Assembly: GCA_017992605.1 (NCBI GenBank)
Contig: JAGOOG010000001.1
Span: forward strand, 70,655 to 134,654
Source of the DNA: Deltaproteobacteria bacterium
Lineage (GTDB): Bacteria; Desulfobacterota; Desulfomonilia; UBA1062
Direction of reading: 5' to 3'
DNA: 64,000 nucleotides
Under the pieces are notes generated by a model. It ran no database searches, was not told the DNA's origin, and worked only from the letters and a program-made list of their open reading frames with translations. Positions 55,685-64,000 of the stretch are shown here, piece by piece; the stretch's first letter is position 1, and the number at the start of each line of letters is the position of its first letter. The translations under genes and the position numbers were made by a program.

Positions 55685-57385
55685 CTATGCCAGCGCCCGG
55701 ACGATGGTGTCGATGGACGCAGCGATGTCCGGGCCGTGTATGTGCAGGCGCACGATGCGCCTGCCCGATGCCGTCAGTGCCTGTGCGTCTCCTATGGCCT
55801 GCGCCGCCTTGAGGACGCCGAAGCTCATGGTCGATCGGTCGTGGCCCGGTTCGTCCGGGATGGCAAGGTCTCGGGGGTCGGTGCAGGTGATCTGGACGAA
55901 GAGCCCCTGTCCCGCATCGCCCTTGTGGAGCTGCCCGGTGGAGTGGAGAAACCGCGGGCCGAACCCCAGGGTGGTGGCCACGCGGTACCTGTCGCGCACC
56001 AGGATCCTCAGGCCGTCCAGGGCCTTCCTGACGGGGGGTTCCGGCGGCAGGTATGCCTGGAAACTCACATAGGAGTCTTCGCGGGCCTTCAGAAGGAAGG
56101 CGATGAGTGCGTCACGCAGGGTCGGCGCCTCCATGCCGCCGAAGACGGAGATGCCCTGATCGGTAAGCAGCGGCTCGCCGGTCTGTAGCCGCCCGGTGCG
56201 GAGAAAGGCGTCAACCGCGGCACGGGTATGACTCTTGGTCGCCTCCACGTCGGGCTGGTCGAAGGGATTGAGGGAGAGCACGTGGCCGGCCACCGCCGTG
56301 GCGAACTCCCAGAGAAAGAACTGCGCCCCGATGTCGTGGACGTCGTCGAGGAAGATGCGGATCACCGGGTGCCCCGCCTCGCCCAACCGGCTGAGATCGG
56401 GCATGGGCGGCTCTTCGCCGTTGAGGATCGGACAGACGAACACGCGATCGGTGCCGTACACGTCCACGCTGCCCGGGGCCTCGGCGATGACGGGCACGAT
56501 GCCCCTGCCTTCCTTGCCGGTACTCTCGGCGACGAGCTGTTCCGCCCAGTCCCCGAACCCGGAGATCCTCTGCGGAAGGAAGAAGGTCAGCTTGTTCCTC
56601 CCGGCCAGGCTCAGGACCCCCAGGGCCGTGCCAAGCTTGGCGCCGTCGTTGGCGCCCAAGAGCGAGACATCGGGCTGCCTGCAGGAGTCGGCCATGGCGA
56701 TGGCGCGCTCGAGGAGCCGCGCTGCGTCGATGCCGAGGAGCGCCCCGGGCACGAGGCCGAAGACCGAGAGCGCCGAGAAACGTCCCCCGATGGTCGGTTC
56801 TCCCGCGAACACCTTCCTGAACGCGCATCGCAGAGCCGTTTCGTTCAGGGGGTTGCCGGGATCGGTGATGGCGACGAAGTGCTCCCCGGCCTCCTCGCGC
56901 CCGAGGACGGCCGCGGTGCGACCGTAGAAGTACTTGAAGAGCGAGAGCGTCTCCACGGTGGTGCCCGATTTGGTGGACACGATGAAGAGGGTCCTGGACG
57001 GGTCGATGTCCCCGGCCAGGGATGCGACGGTGGAAGGGTCGGTGCTGTCGAGGACTCCCAGGCCCAGGAATCCCTCCCGTGCCCCGAAGGTGGTGCTCAG
57101 GACCTCGGGCGCAAGGGAAGAGCCCCCCATGCCAAGGAGCAGGGCACGGGTGTACCCTGCTGAACGCACCTCCTCGGCGAAGGCGGACAGATCGTGAACG
57201 CGCTGGCGCATGTTCGCGGGGCTGAAGAGCCAGCCGAGCCGGTCGGTGATCTGTGCGGGACTGTCCTTCCATACCGTGTGGTCCATGTCGTGTATCCGTT
57301 GAACGACACGGGCCTCGGCGATGCCCGTGAGGGTTCTTTCCACCGCACTCCGGTAGGGGCCGAGGCTCAGTTCGATCATCGGCAT
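55685..57385 (-). CDS. pgi: glucose-6-phosphate isomerase
   Basis: Start at the internal Met (MPMIELSLGPY). PGI signature EPTIGGRFSALSVFGL plus sugar-isomerase SIS domains. Confidence 0.8.
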   Translation of the reverse strand: MPMIELSLGPYRSAVERTLTGIAEARVVQRIHDMDHTVWKDSPAQITDRLGWLFSPANMRQRVHDLSAFAEEVRSAGYTRALLLGMGGSSLAPEVLSTTFGAREGFLGLGVLDSTDPSTVASLAGDIDPSRTLFIVSTKSGTTVETLSLFKYFYGRTAAVLGREEAGEHFVAITDPGNPLNETALRCAFRKVFAGEPTIGGRFSALSVFGLVPGALLGIDAARLLERAIAMADSCRQPDVSLLGANDGAKLGTALGVLSLAGRNKLTFFLPQRISGFGDWAEQLVAESTGKEGRGIVPVIAEAPGSVDVYGTDRVFVCPILNGEEPPMPDLSRLGEAGHPVIRIFLDDVHDIGAQFFLWEFATAVAGHVLSLNPFDQPDVEATKSHTRAAVDAFLRTGRLQTGEPLLTDQGISVFGGMEAPTLRDALIAFLLKAREDSYVSFQAYLPPEPPVRKALDGLRILVRDRYRVATTLGFGPRFLHSTGQLHKGDAGQGLFVQITCTDPRDLAIPDEPGHDRSTMSFGVLKAAQAIGDAQALTASGRRIVRLHIHGPDIAASIDTIVRALA

Positions 57386-58476
57386 GGCTGCGACACCTCG
57401 CTCCGCTTGGTTGAGATGCTGTTCATGAGAGCATCGAACGAGGCGGCGAAGGCACGGACACCCTCGTCCTCGAGCCTCGCGGTGATGGCGTCGATGTCGA
57501 TGCCCAGCGATTTCAGCCTGTCGAGATGACGCTTCGCCTCGTCGACGCCCGCGTCGAGGGCCGGGGCGACAATGCCGTGGTCGATGAAGGCGCCCAGCGT
57601 GGCGGGCGGCAGGGTGTTCACGGTGTGGGGGCCGATGAGTCCGTCCACGTAGAGCGTGTCGGGGTAGTTCGGGTTCTTGGTCCCGGTGCTGGCCCACAGG
57701 AGCCGCTGCACCCGTGCACCGTGGCCGGCGAGGCGTTCCCAGCGGTCGCCGGAGAAGACCGTCTTGAACCGTTCATAGGCGATCTTGGCATTCGCGATGG
57801 CGGCCCTGCCCTGAAGGTCGAGGCTGGCTGCCTTCTGGAGCTCCGTGTCCACCGCCGTGTCCAGGCGGCTCACGAAGAAGGAGGCCACCGACGCGACGGC
57901 GCCGAGGTCTCCACCCGAGGCGAGGCGCTTTTCGAGGCCGGCCAGGTAGGCCTCCGCGGCCTCGATGTATCGGCCGACAGAGAAGAGCAGGGTCACGTTC
58001 ACGTTGACGCCCTGGGCGATGAGCGCCTCGATGGCGGGGATGCCGGCTCGAGTCGCGGGGACCTTGATCATGACGTTGTTCCTGCCGAGGAGCGAGAAGA
58101 GGCGCTTCGCCTCGCTGATGGTCCCGTCCGCCTCATAGGCGAGCGCGGGGTTCACCTCGACGCTCACGTACCCGTCGAGACCGCGGGTTTGAACATACAC
58201 GGGCAGGAAGAGGTCAGCGGTCAGGGAGATATCGTGCAGGACGAGCGCCTCGTAGATCTCGTCGACGGATTTGCCGTCGCCGGCGAGCGCCTTGATGGCG
58301 AGGTCGTAGTCGGTGCTCCCGGCGATGGCCTTCTCGAAGATGGTCGGGTTGCTGGTCACCCCCCGCACACCCTCCGAGATGAGCCGCTGCATTTCCCCCG
58401 AGCTCACGAGCGAGCGCTGGATGAAGTCGAACCATATGGCCTGTCCCTTGACTGCAAGGTCATGAAGCTTTCCCAT
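57376..58476 (-). CDS. tal: transaldolase
   Basis: GVTSNPTIFEKAI and MIKVPATRAGIPAIE (Schiff-base Lys region). 10-nt overlap with the pgi start. Confidence 0.85.
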   Translation of the reverse strand: MGKLHDLAVKGQAIWFDFIQRSLVSSGEMQRLISEGVRGVTSNPTIFEKAIAGSTDYDLAIKALAGDGKSVDEIYEALVLHDISLTADLFLPVYVQTRGLDGYVSVEVNPALAYEADGTISEAKRLFSLLGRNNVMIKVPATRAGIPAIEALIAQGVNVNVTLLFSVGRYIEAAEAYLAGLEKRLASGGDLGAVASVASFFVSRLDTAVDTELQKAASLDLQGRAAIANAKIAYERFKTVFSGDRWERLAGHGARVQRLLWASTGTKNPNYPDTLYVDGLIGPHTVNTLPPATLGAFIDHGIVAPALDAGVDEAKRHLDRLKSLGIDIDAITARLEDEGVRAFAASFDALMNSISTKRSEVSQPCR

Positions 58477-58488
58477 GGATGTTCCTTT

Positions 58489-60555
58489 CTAGTGCCTCGT
58501 CCTCTTCACAAGGTCCCGTGCCGTCTCCACCACCGACGCGAGGGTGATGCCGAACTTTTCATAGAGCACGGCGGCGGGGGCACTGGCGCCGAATCCGTCC
58601 ATACCGACGATGCGGCCCTCGTGGCCGACATAGTGTTCCCATCCCAGCCTCAGGCCCGCCTCCACGGCGACGCGGGCCCTGACGTCCGAGGGCAGCACGG
58701 ACTCGCGGTAGTCGAGGCACTGCCCGTCGAAGATCTCCCAGCACGGCAGCGAGACCACGCGCACCCTGATGTCCTCCGCGGAGAGCTTGCGCGCCGCCTC
58801 GAGCGCGAGGCCGACCTCAGAGCCGGTGGCGATGACGATGACGTCGGGCCTGCCTTTCGAAGACTCCCACAGGACATAGCCGCCCCGTTCCAGGCCCTTT
58901 GCCGGGGCGCACTTCTTCTGGTCGAGGAGGGGGACATCCTGGCGGGTGAGGACGAGCGCGGTGGGGCCGTCGGTCCTGGACAGGGCCGCCCTCACCGCGT
59001 GGACCGTCTCGTGGGCGTCGGCGGGCCGTATGACCGCGAGGTTCGGCACCCCCCTGAGCCCCATGAGGTGTTCGACGGGCTGGTGGGTGGGACCGTCCTC
59101 GCCCACGCCGATGCTGTCGTGGGTGAAGATGTAGAGGGACCGGACCCTGCTCAGGGACGCGATGCGCATGGCGGGCCTCATGTAGTCGGAGAAGGTGAGG
59201 AAGGTGGACGAGTACGGTATCACCCCGCCGTGCAGCGCCAAGCCCGTGGCGACGGCCGCCATGGCGTGCTCGCGGACACCGAAGTGGATGTTCCTCCCCG
59301 AGTGGTTCCAGCACGAGCCTACCGAACCCTGGACGCCCTCGCTGCAGGTGGCCGGGTTCTGGAAATCCCCGCAGTCCTTCATCCAGGTGAGGGTGGAGGG
59401 ATTGAGGTCGGCCGAGCCGCCCATGAGGGACGGCACGGTGCCGGACACGAGCTGGAGCACCGCTTCACACGCCTTTCTCGTCGAGACGGGCTTCCCGCCC
59501 ACGAAGAGGTCCGACAGCCCCGCATCCCAGCCCTTGGGGAGCTCGCCCGCCATCCTGAGCCTGAACTCCTCGGCCTGTTCGGGGTATGACCTGCTGTAGC
59601 GGAAGAAGGACTGCTGCCAGTCGGACTCGAGGTCCTTGCCCTGGTCCCTCGCCCTGAGGAAGTGCTCCTGCACGTCGGCAGGGACGTAGAACGACCGGGA
59701 TTCATCCCACCCGAGGGTTTTCTTGGCGAGCCGCAGCTCCTCCTCGCCCAGCGGGGATCCGTGGGCCTTGTAGGTGCCCTGCTTCGCGGGCGAGCCATAC
59801 CCGATGGTGGTCTCGACGACGATCAGGGACGGCCTTGCCTGCTCCTCCCTGGCTGCCGTGATGGCCGCATCGACCATGTCGACGTCGTTCCCGTCGTACA
59901 CCCGCTGGGTGTGCCACCCGCAGGCCTCGAAGCGCTTCTGGATGTCCTCGGTGAAGCACAGGTCCGTGGATCCGGCCAGCGAGATCCGGTTGCTGTCATA
60001 CAGGACGATGAGCCTGCCCAGGCCCAGGTGCCCTGCCAGGGAGCAGGACTCGTACGTCACCCCCTCCATAAGGTCGCCGTCACCGGCGAGCACATAGGTG
60101 AAATGGTCCATGATCCTGTGTCCCGGGCGGTTGTAGACGGCGGCCAGGTGAGCCTCGGCCAGGGCCATGCCCACCGCGCTGGAGATACCCTGACCCAGGG
60201 GCCCCGTGGTGATCTCGACCCCCGGGGTGACGTGGCTCTCGGGGTGACCCGGGGTTTTGCTCCCCCACTGACGGAACCGCTCGAGCTCGCTTACGGGGAG
60301 GTCGTAGCCCGTGAGGTTGAGCAGTGCGTAGAGCAGTGCCGACCCGTGACCGGCGGACAGGATGAACCGGTCCCTGTTGACCCACCGGGGATTGGCGGGG
60401 TTGTGCCTGAGATGCCTGGTCCAGAGTGCGTATGCCATGGGCGCCGCGCCCAGAGGGAGCCCCGGGTGCCCGGAGTTGGCCTTCTGGATGGCGTCCGCTG
60501 CGAGGAAACGCATGGTGTTGATGCAGCGCTCATCGAGTTCCGTGTTCGTTGCCAT
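58489..60555 (-). CDS. tkt: transketolase
   Basis: [16 protein letters not shown]-binding [24 protein letters not shown]. Confidence 0.9.
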   Translation of the reverse strand: MATNTELDERCINTMRFLAADAIQKANSGHPGLPLGAAPMAYALWTRHLRHNPANPRWVNRDRFILSAGHGSALLYALLNLTGYDLPVSELERFRQWGSKTPGHPESHVTPGVEITTGPLGQGISSAVGMALAEAHLAAVYNRPGHRIMDHFTYVLAGDGDLMEGVTYESCSLAGHLGLGRLIVLYDSNRISLAGSTDLCFTEDIQKRFEACGWHTQRVYDGNDVDMVDAAITAAREEQARPSLIVVETTIGYGSPAKQGTYKAHGSPLGEEELRLAKKTLGWDESRSFYVPADVQEHFLRARDQGKDLESDWQQSFFRYSRSYPEQAEEFRLRMAGELPKGWDAGLSDLFVGGKPVSTRKACEAVLQLVSGTVPSLMGGSADLNPSTLTWMKDCGDFQNPATCSEGVQGSVGSCWNHSGRNIHFGVREHAMAAVATGLALHGGVIPYSSTFLTFSDYMRPAMRIASLSRVRSLYIFTHDSIGVGEDGPTHQPVEHLMGLRGVPNLAVIRPADAHETVHAVRAALSRTDGPTALVLTRQDVPLLDQKKCAPAKGLERGGYVLWESSKGRPDVIVIATGSEVGLALEAARKLSAEDIRVRVVSLPCWEIFDGQCLDYRESVLPSDVRARVAVEAGLRLGWEHYVGHEGRIVGMDGFGASAPAAVLYEKFGITLASVVETARDLVKRTRH

Positions 60556-60573
60556 GAAAAGAACCTCCAGTCT

Positions 60574-61575
60574 TTACCTGTTATGGTGCATGTCCATGCC
60601 GTACCCCGCGGCACCGATGAGGCCGATGTCGGTATTGAGCACGACATGAACGGGCATTCGCGCCACGATGGTGCACAGGCGGCCCTTTGTCCGGAATGCC
60701 TCGAGGAACAAACCCTCCTCGAGCATGGGCAGCATCCTCGGGGGGAGCCCCCCCGCCACGTAGACGCCCCCGGTGGGCAGCAGCTTCAGGGCGAGGTTGC
60801 CGGTCTCCGCGCCGAGGACGGCCACGAACATCCGCATGGTCTCGCGGCAGAGGTCGCAGGTGCGGACCGGGTCCTGGGCGGTCTCCCTGATCACGACGGT
60901 GGGATCGGGCGCATCCCTGAGCGTCTCCGCGAGCCAGGCCGGCTCCTCGAGACCGCACCGCTCCTTGAGGAAGGCATAGATGTTGGGTATGCCGCTGCCC
61001 GAACAGACACGCTCGAAGCTCACATGGTCGTAGCGCTCGAGCAGGTATGCGAGGAGATCAGCCTGCCGGGAGGTGCGCGGTGCGAAGTCCGCATGGCCCC
61101 CCTCGGAGGCGTGGGCGCGGTAACGGTTCCCGTCCCAGGTGAGGTACGCCTGCCCGAGACCGGTCCCCGGGGCTATGACGGCGATCGGGCCCGCAGGTTC
61201 GGGGCGTCCCGCATTGAGCGTATGGAGATCCTTCCCGGTGAGCAGGGGGATGCCCAGGGCGACGGCCTCGAGGTCGTTGAGCAGGCGCACGTCGCCCGTG
61301 CCGAGCATGGACGCCAGGGGGTCGACATCTATCGTCCAAGGCAGGTTCGTGATCCGCGCCGACCCGCCGAGTACCGGCCCGGCTACGCCGAAGACCGCCG
61401 CATCGATGGTCCCTTTCCCGTCCGCGATGAATTCCGCGAGCATGTCCTGGAGACTCGCGTAGGACCGGGATGGGTACGATGACCGCTTGAGCGGATCACG
61501 GGGGCCCTTCTCGGGCGAGAACAGCGCCAGGGTCGTCTTGGTTCCCCCGATGTCGCCGGCCATGAGCATCTGCAT
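60574..61575 (-). CDS. glk: glucokinase (Glk family)
   Basis: LMAGDIGGTKTTLAL N-terminal ATP motif and Glk-family core. Confidence 0.75.
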   Translation of the reverse strand: MQMLMAGDIGGTKTTLALFSPEKGPRDPLKRSSYPSRSYASLQDMLAEFIADGKGTIDAAVFGVAGPVLGGSARITNLPWTIDVDPLASMLGTGDVRLLNDLEAVALGIPLLTGKDLHTLNAGRPEPAGPIAVIAPGTGLGQAYLTWDGNRYRAHASEGGHADFAPRTSRQADLLAYLLERYDHVSFERVCSGSGIPNIYAFLKERCGLEEPAWLAETLRDAPDPTVVIRETAQDPVRTCDLCRETMRMFVAVLGAETGNLALKLLPTGGVYVAGGLPPRMLPMLEEGLFLEAFRTKGRLCTIVARMPVHVVLNTDIGLIGAAGYGMDMHHNR

Positions 61576-61754
61576 CGTTCCGCCTCACCCTTTACGTGCA
61601 CGGTTTTTACGTGTGTGGTCTCCACTATTACACGAAACGTCACGACCTCTCAAGGCGCGAGGTGATGGTGAGCGCATCTCATCTTTTGACATGGGACATC
61701 ATTGTGTGATTGAAGGAGATAGGAGTCACCCGGTGCCGATCACCGGGATGCACG

Positions 61755-62483
61755 ATGACCGCAGGGGATGCCCTCTGCGTGACGAGGAGGGTAGAGGTGG
61801 CGGCCGACGAATATGTATTCGTACCAGGAGAGCACGGGGAGAAGATATCGACCCTGGTCAGTCTTCCCGAGGACTATGACGGATCGGTGAGGCCCGCGGT
61901 CATTCTCGCCCACGGTGCTGGCAACGACATGTTCAACCCGCTTCTCACGCACATGGCCCACCTCCTGGACCAGGCCGGGTACCTCTGCGTGCGGTTCAAT
62001 TTCCCCTACCGGGACAGGGGGAGGAGGAACCCGGACAGCGACGACGTCCTCATGGCCACGTGGATGAGCGTCTACCAGCACTTCAAAAACCACCCGGGCT
62101 ACCAGCCGGGCAAGATAGTCGCCGCAGGCAAGTCGCTGGGCGGCAGGACAGCCTCCCAGGCAGTGGCGGCCGGGCTCATCGATGTCCAGGGGCTCATCAT
62201 GTACGGCTATCCCCTCCACCCGCCGGGGAAGAAGGACATCCTCCGGGATGCGCACCTTCACCGCGTCACCGTGCCCATGCTGTTCTTCGAGGGCTCCCAC
62301 GATCCCTTCTGCGACGTCGCCATACTGAGGGACGTGCTCGGGCGCATCGACGCACCGAGTGCCGTGGAGGTCATCGAGGGGGCCGATCACTCCTTCAAGA
62401 TGCCGGCGAGTTCGGGTGTGACGGATGAGCAGGTCTATGCCACCATCCTGGGAAAGACGCTGAGCTGGCTGGAGAAGATCTGA
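61755..62483 (+). CDS. alpha/beta hydrolase (dienelactone-hydrolase/KANL3-like)
   Basis: VILAHGAGND and GKSLGGRTAS (GxSxG). C-terminal His in GADHSF. Confidence 0.6.
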   Translation: MTAGDALCVTRRVEVAADEYVFVPGEHGEKISTLVSLPEDYDGSVRPAVILAHGAGNDMFNPLLTHMAHLLDQAGYLCVRFNFPYRDRGRRNPDSDDVLMATWMSVYQHFKNHPGYQPGKIVAAGKSLGGRTASQAVAAGLIDVQGLIMYGYPLHPPGKKDILRDAHLHRVTVPMLFFEGSHDPFCDVAILRDVLGRIDAPSAVEVIEGADHSFKMPASSGVTDEQVYATILGKTLSWLEKI

Positions 62484-62495
62484 GGAGACGACGTC

Positions 62496-63260
62496 ATGGA
62501 GTGGATGTTCCAGCCCGAGACATGGATGGCCCTCGTCACCCTCACCGCGATCGAGATCGTGCTCGGCATCGACAACATCGTGTTCCTTTCCATCATGGTG
62601 GCACGGCTTCCCGTCCACCAGCAGAAGAGCGCCCGGATATTCGGGCTCGGGCTGGCCATGTTCACCCGCATCCTCCTGCTGCTCTTTCTCACGGCCATGC
62701 TGCGCCTCACCAGGCCGCTGTTCACGCTCATCGGACACGCATTTTCGGGCAGGGACCTCATTCTCATCGCCGGGGGGCTGTTCCTTCTGGCAAAGAGCAC
62801 CTTCGAGATCCACGACAACCTCGAGGGGGCTCAGGAAAGGCGCACGGCCAGCCCCGTGGGATCATACCTCGGGGTGGTGGTCCAGATATCCATCCTGGAC
62901 ATCGTGTTCTCCCTGGACTCCGTGATCACGGCCATCGGTCTGGCCAGGCAGATCGGCGTCATGGTGGTCGCCATCGTCGTGGCCGTCGTCTTCATGATGG
63001 TCCTCTCCGGTGCGATCATCCGCTTCGTCGAGCGGCACCCCACCATCAAGATGCTTGCCCTGAGCTTCCTCCTGCTCATCGGGATAGCGCTCGTCGGGGA
63101 TGGTCTGGCCATGCACATACCCAGGGGTTACATCTACTTCGCCATGTCCTTCTCGCTGTTCGTGGAGGTCCTCAACATGAAGCTCCGCAAAGGTGAGCAG
63201 ATCCCGGTGCACCTCAGGAAGACGCCGGAGGAAGCGGGTCCCGGCCGGCCGGCAGGCTGA
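62496..63260 (+). CDS. TerC family integral membrane protein
   Basis: ALVTLTAIEIVLGIDNIVFLSIM and second SLDSVITAIGLA repeat typical of TerC/Alx family. Confidence 0.8.
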   Translation: MEWMFQPETWMALVTLTAIEIVLGIDNIVFLSIMVARLPVHQQKSARIFGLGLAMFTRILLLLFLTAMLRLTRPLFTLIGHAFSGRDLILIAGGLFLLAKSTFEIHDNLEGAQERRTASPVGSYLGVVVQISILDIVFSLDSVITAIGLARQIGVMVVAIVVAVVFMMVLSGAIIRFVERHPTIKMLALSFLLLIGIALVGDGLAMHIPRGYIYFAMSFSLFVEVLNMKLRKGEQIPVHLRKTPEEAGPGRPAG

Positions 63261-63380
63261 GTTTGCGGCAGGGCGCGGGCGCATGCACCGCGGGGAGGCG
63301 CACATATCCCCCTGGTGCGCGAAAAAAACCTTGCTCCTTTGTAGCATCACGTGTAACCTCGTTTTCAAGGGAGAAGAGCT

Positions 63381-64000
63381 ATGAAGAAGCAGGTCTCCAT
63401 CCTGGATATCCTCGGCAAGAAGGGCAATGAGCCCATCGTCATGATCACCTCCTACGACGCCACCATGACACGCATCGTGGACGAGTGCGACGTGGACATC
63501 ATCCTGGTGGGCGACTCGGCCGGAAATGTCATGGCGGGCCTCGACAACACGCTCGGCGTCACCATGGACATGATGGTCTACCACACCCAGTGCGTGACGC
63601 GGACGAAACCCGCGGCCATGGTGGTGGCGGACATGCCCTTCCTGTCGTACCAGGCAAGCGTCGCCAACGCGGTGCGCAACGCGGGCAGGCTGCTGCAGGA
63701 GGGTGGCGCCCAGGCAGTCAAGCTCGAGGGCGGCCAGCGCGTCATCGAGCAGGCGCGCGCCATAGTCAGGGCGGACATCCCGGTCATGGGACACCTGGGG
63801 CTCACCCCCCAGTCGGTCCATGCCTTCGGCGGCTTCAAGGTACAGGGCAGGAGCGTGGAGGCGGCCCGGCTTCTCAAGGAGAACGCCCTCATGCTCCAGG
63901 ACGCGGGCTTCTTCTCCATAGTCCTCGAATGCGTGCCCGACGACGTGGCCAGGGAGGTGACCGACGCCCTGACCATCCCGACCATCGGGATCGGGGCAGG
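63381..64000 (+). CDS. panB: 3-methyl-2-oxobutanoate hydroxymethyltransferase (5-prime partial; runs off window end)
   Basis: MKKQVSILDILGKKGNEPIVMITSYDATMTRIVDECDVDIILVGDSAGNVMAGLDNTLGVTMDMMVYHTQCV is a canonical PanB N-terminus. No stop before nt 64000. Confidence 0.85.
   Translation, partial: MKKQVSILDILGKKGNEPIVMITSYDATMTRIVDECDVDIILVGDSAGNVMAGLDNTLGVTMDMMVYHTQCVTRTKPAAMVVADMPFLSYQASVANAVRNAGRLLQEGGAQAVKLEGGQRVIEQARAIVRADIPVMGHLGLTPQSVHAFGGFKVQGRSVEAARLLKENALMLQDAGFFSIVLECVPDDVAREVTDALTIPTIGIGA

Overview
High-GC (about 60-65 percent) bacterial chromosomal segment, densely coding on both strands. The gene content resembles a deltaproteobacterial anaerobe (sulfate reducer or syntroph) core region. 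Mobile elements, tRNA/rRNA genes and CRISPR arrays were sought and not found.

Recognisable modules, 5-prime to 3-prime:
- an RND efflux pair (membrane fusion protein plus AcrB-like pump);
- an orphan receiver, a Sel1-repeat protein and an RNase HI with an N-terminal hybrid-binding domain;
- two divergent stand-alone PilZ proteins;
- a GldA/F/G-like ABC cluster with DUF4340 and an alpha/beta hydrolase;
- a redox cluster (ferritin-like, FNR-like, ArsC/LMW-PTP, Xth);
- a TrpR-like protein and a SagB-type dehydrogenase;
- a PAS-GGDEF diguanylate cyclase with a clear intrinsic terminator;
- acyl-CoA dehydrogenase with EtfB/EtfA, and WrbA;
- a lysine/alanine-rich histone-H1-like protein;
- a TunR-like regulator with the tupABC tungstate transporter;
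- a minus-strand cluster (DUF2062, queH, TiaS-kinase-domain-like protein, 74-aa protein, amino-acid-kinase-fold protein);
- a GAF histidine kinase and an EmrAB-like efflux pair;
- an ArsR-controlled DUF318 permease / thioredoxin-like / rhodanese / MauE-DoxX module followed by an ATP-grasp enzyme;
- ugpC divergent from ugpBAE;
- an uncharacterised 1008-aa membrane-anchored protein and a membrane metallophosphoesterase;
- a glk-tkt-tal-pgi sugar-phosphate operon;
- TerC and the start of panB.

The most unusual element is a bacterial 240-aa protein whose N-terminus closely matches the catalytic kinase domain of archaeal tRNA(Ile2) agmatidine synthetase TiaS but lacks its RNA-binding domains. It is co-oriented with a UMP-kinase/MoSto-like amino-acid-kinase protein and a 74-aa protein, lies just downstream of queH, and is convergent with tupABC. 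Other candidates for uncharacterised biology are the ArsR-permease-thiol relay operon and the 1008-aa protein.

Coordinates of internal starts were derived by codon arithmetic from the ORF track and may be off by a few codons. Regulatory-feature coordinates are approximate (plus or minus 2 nt).
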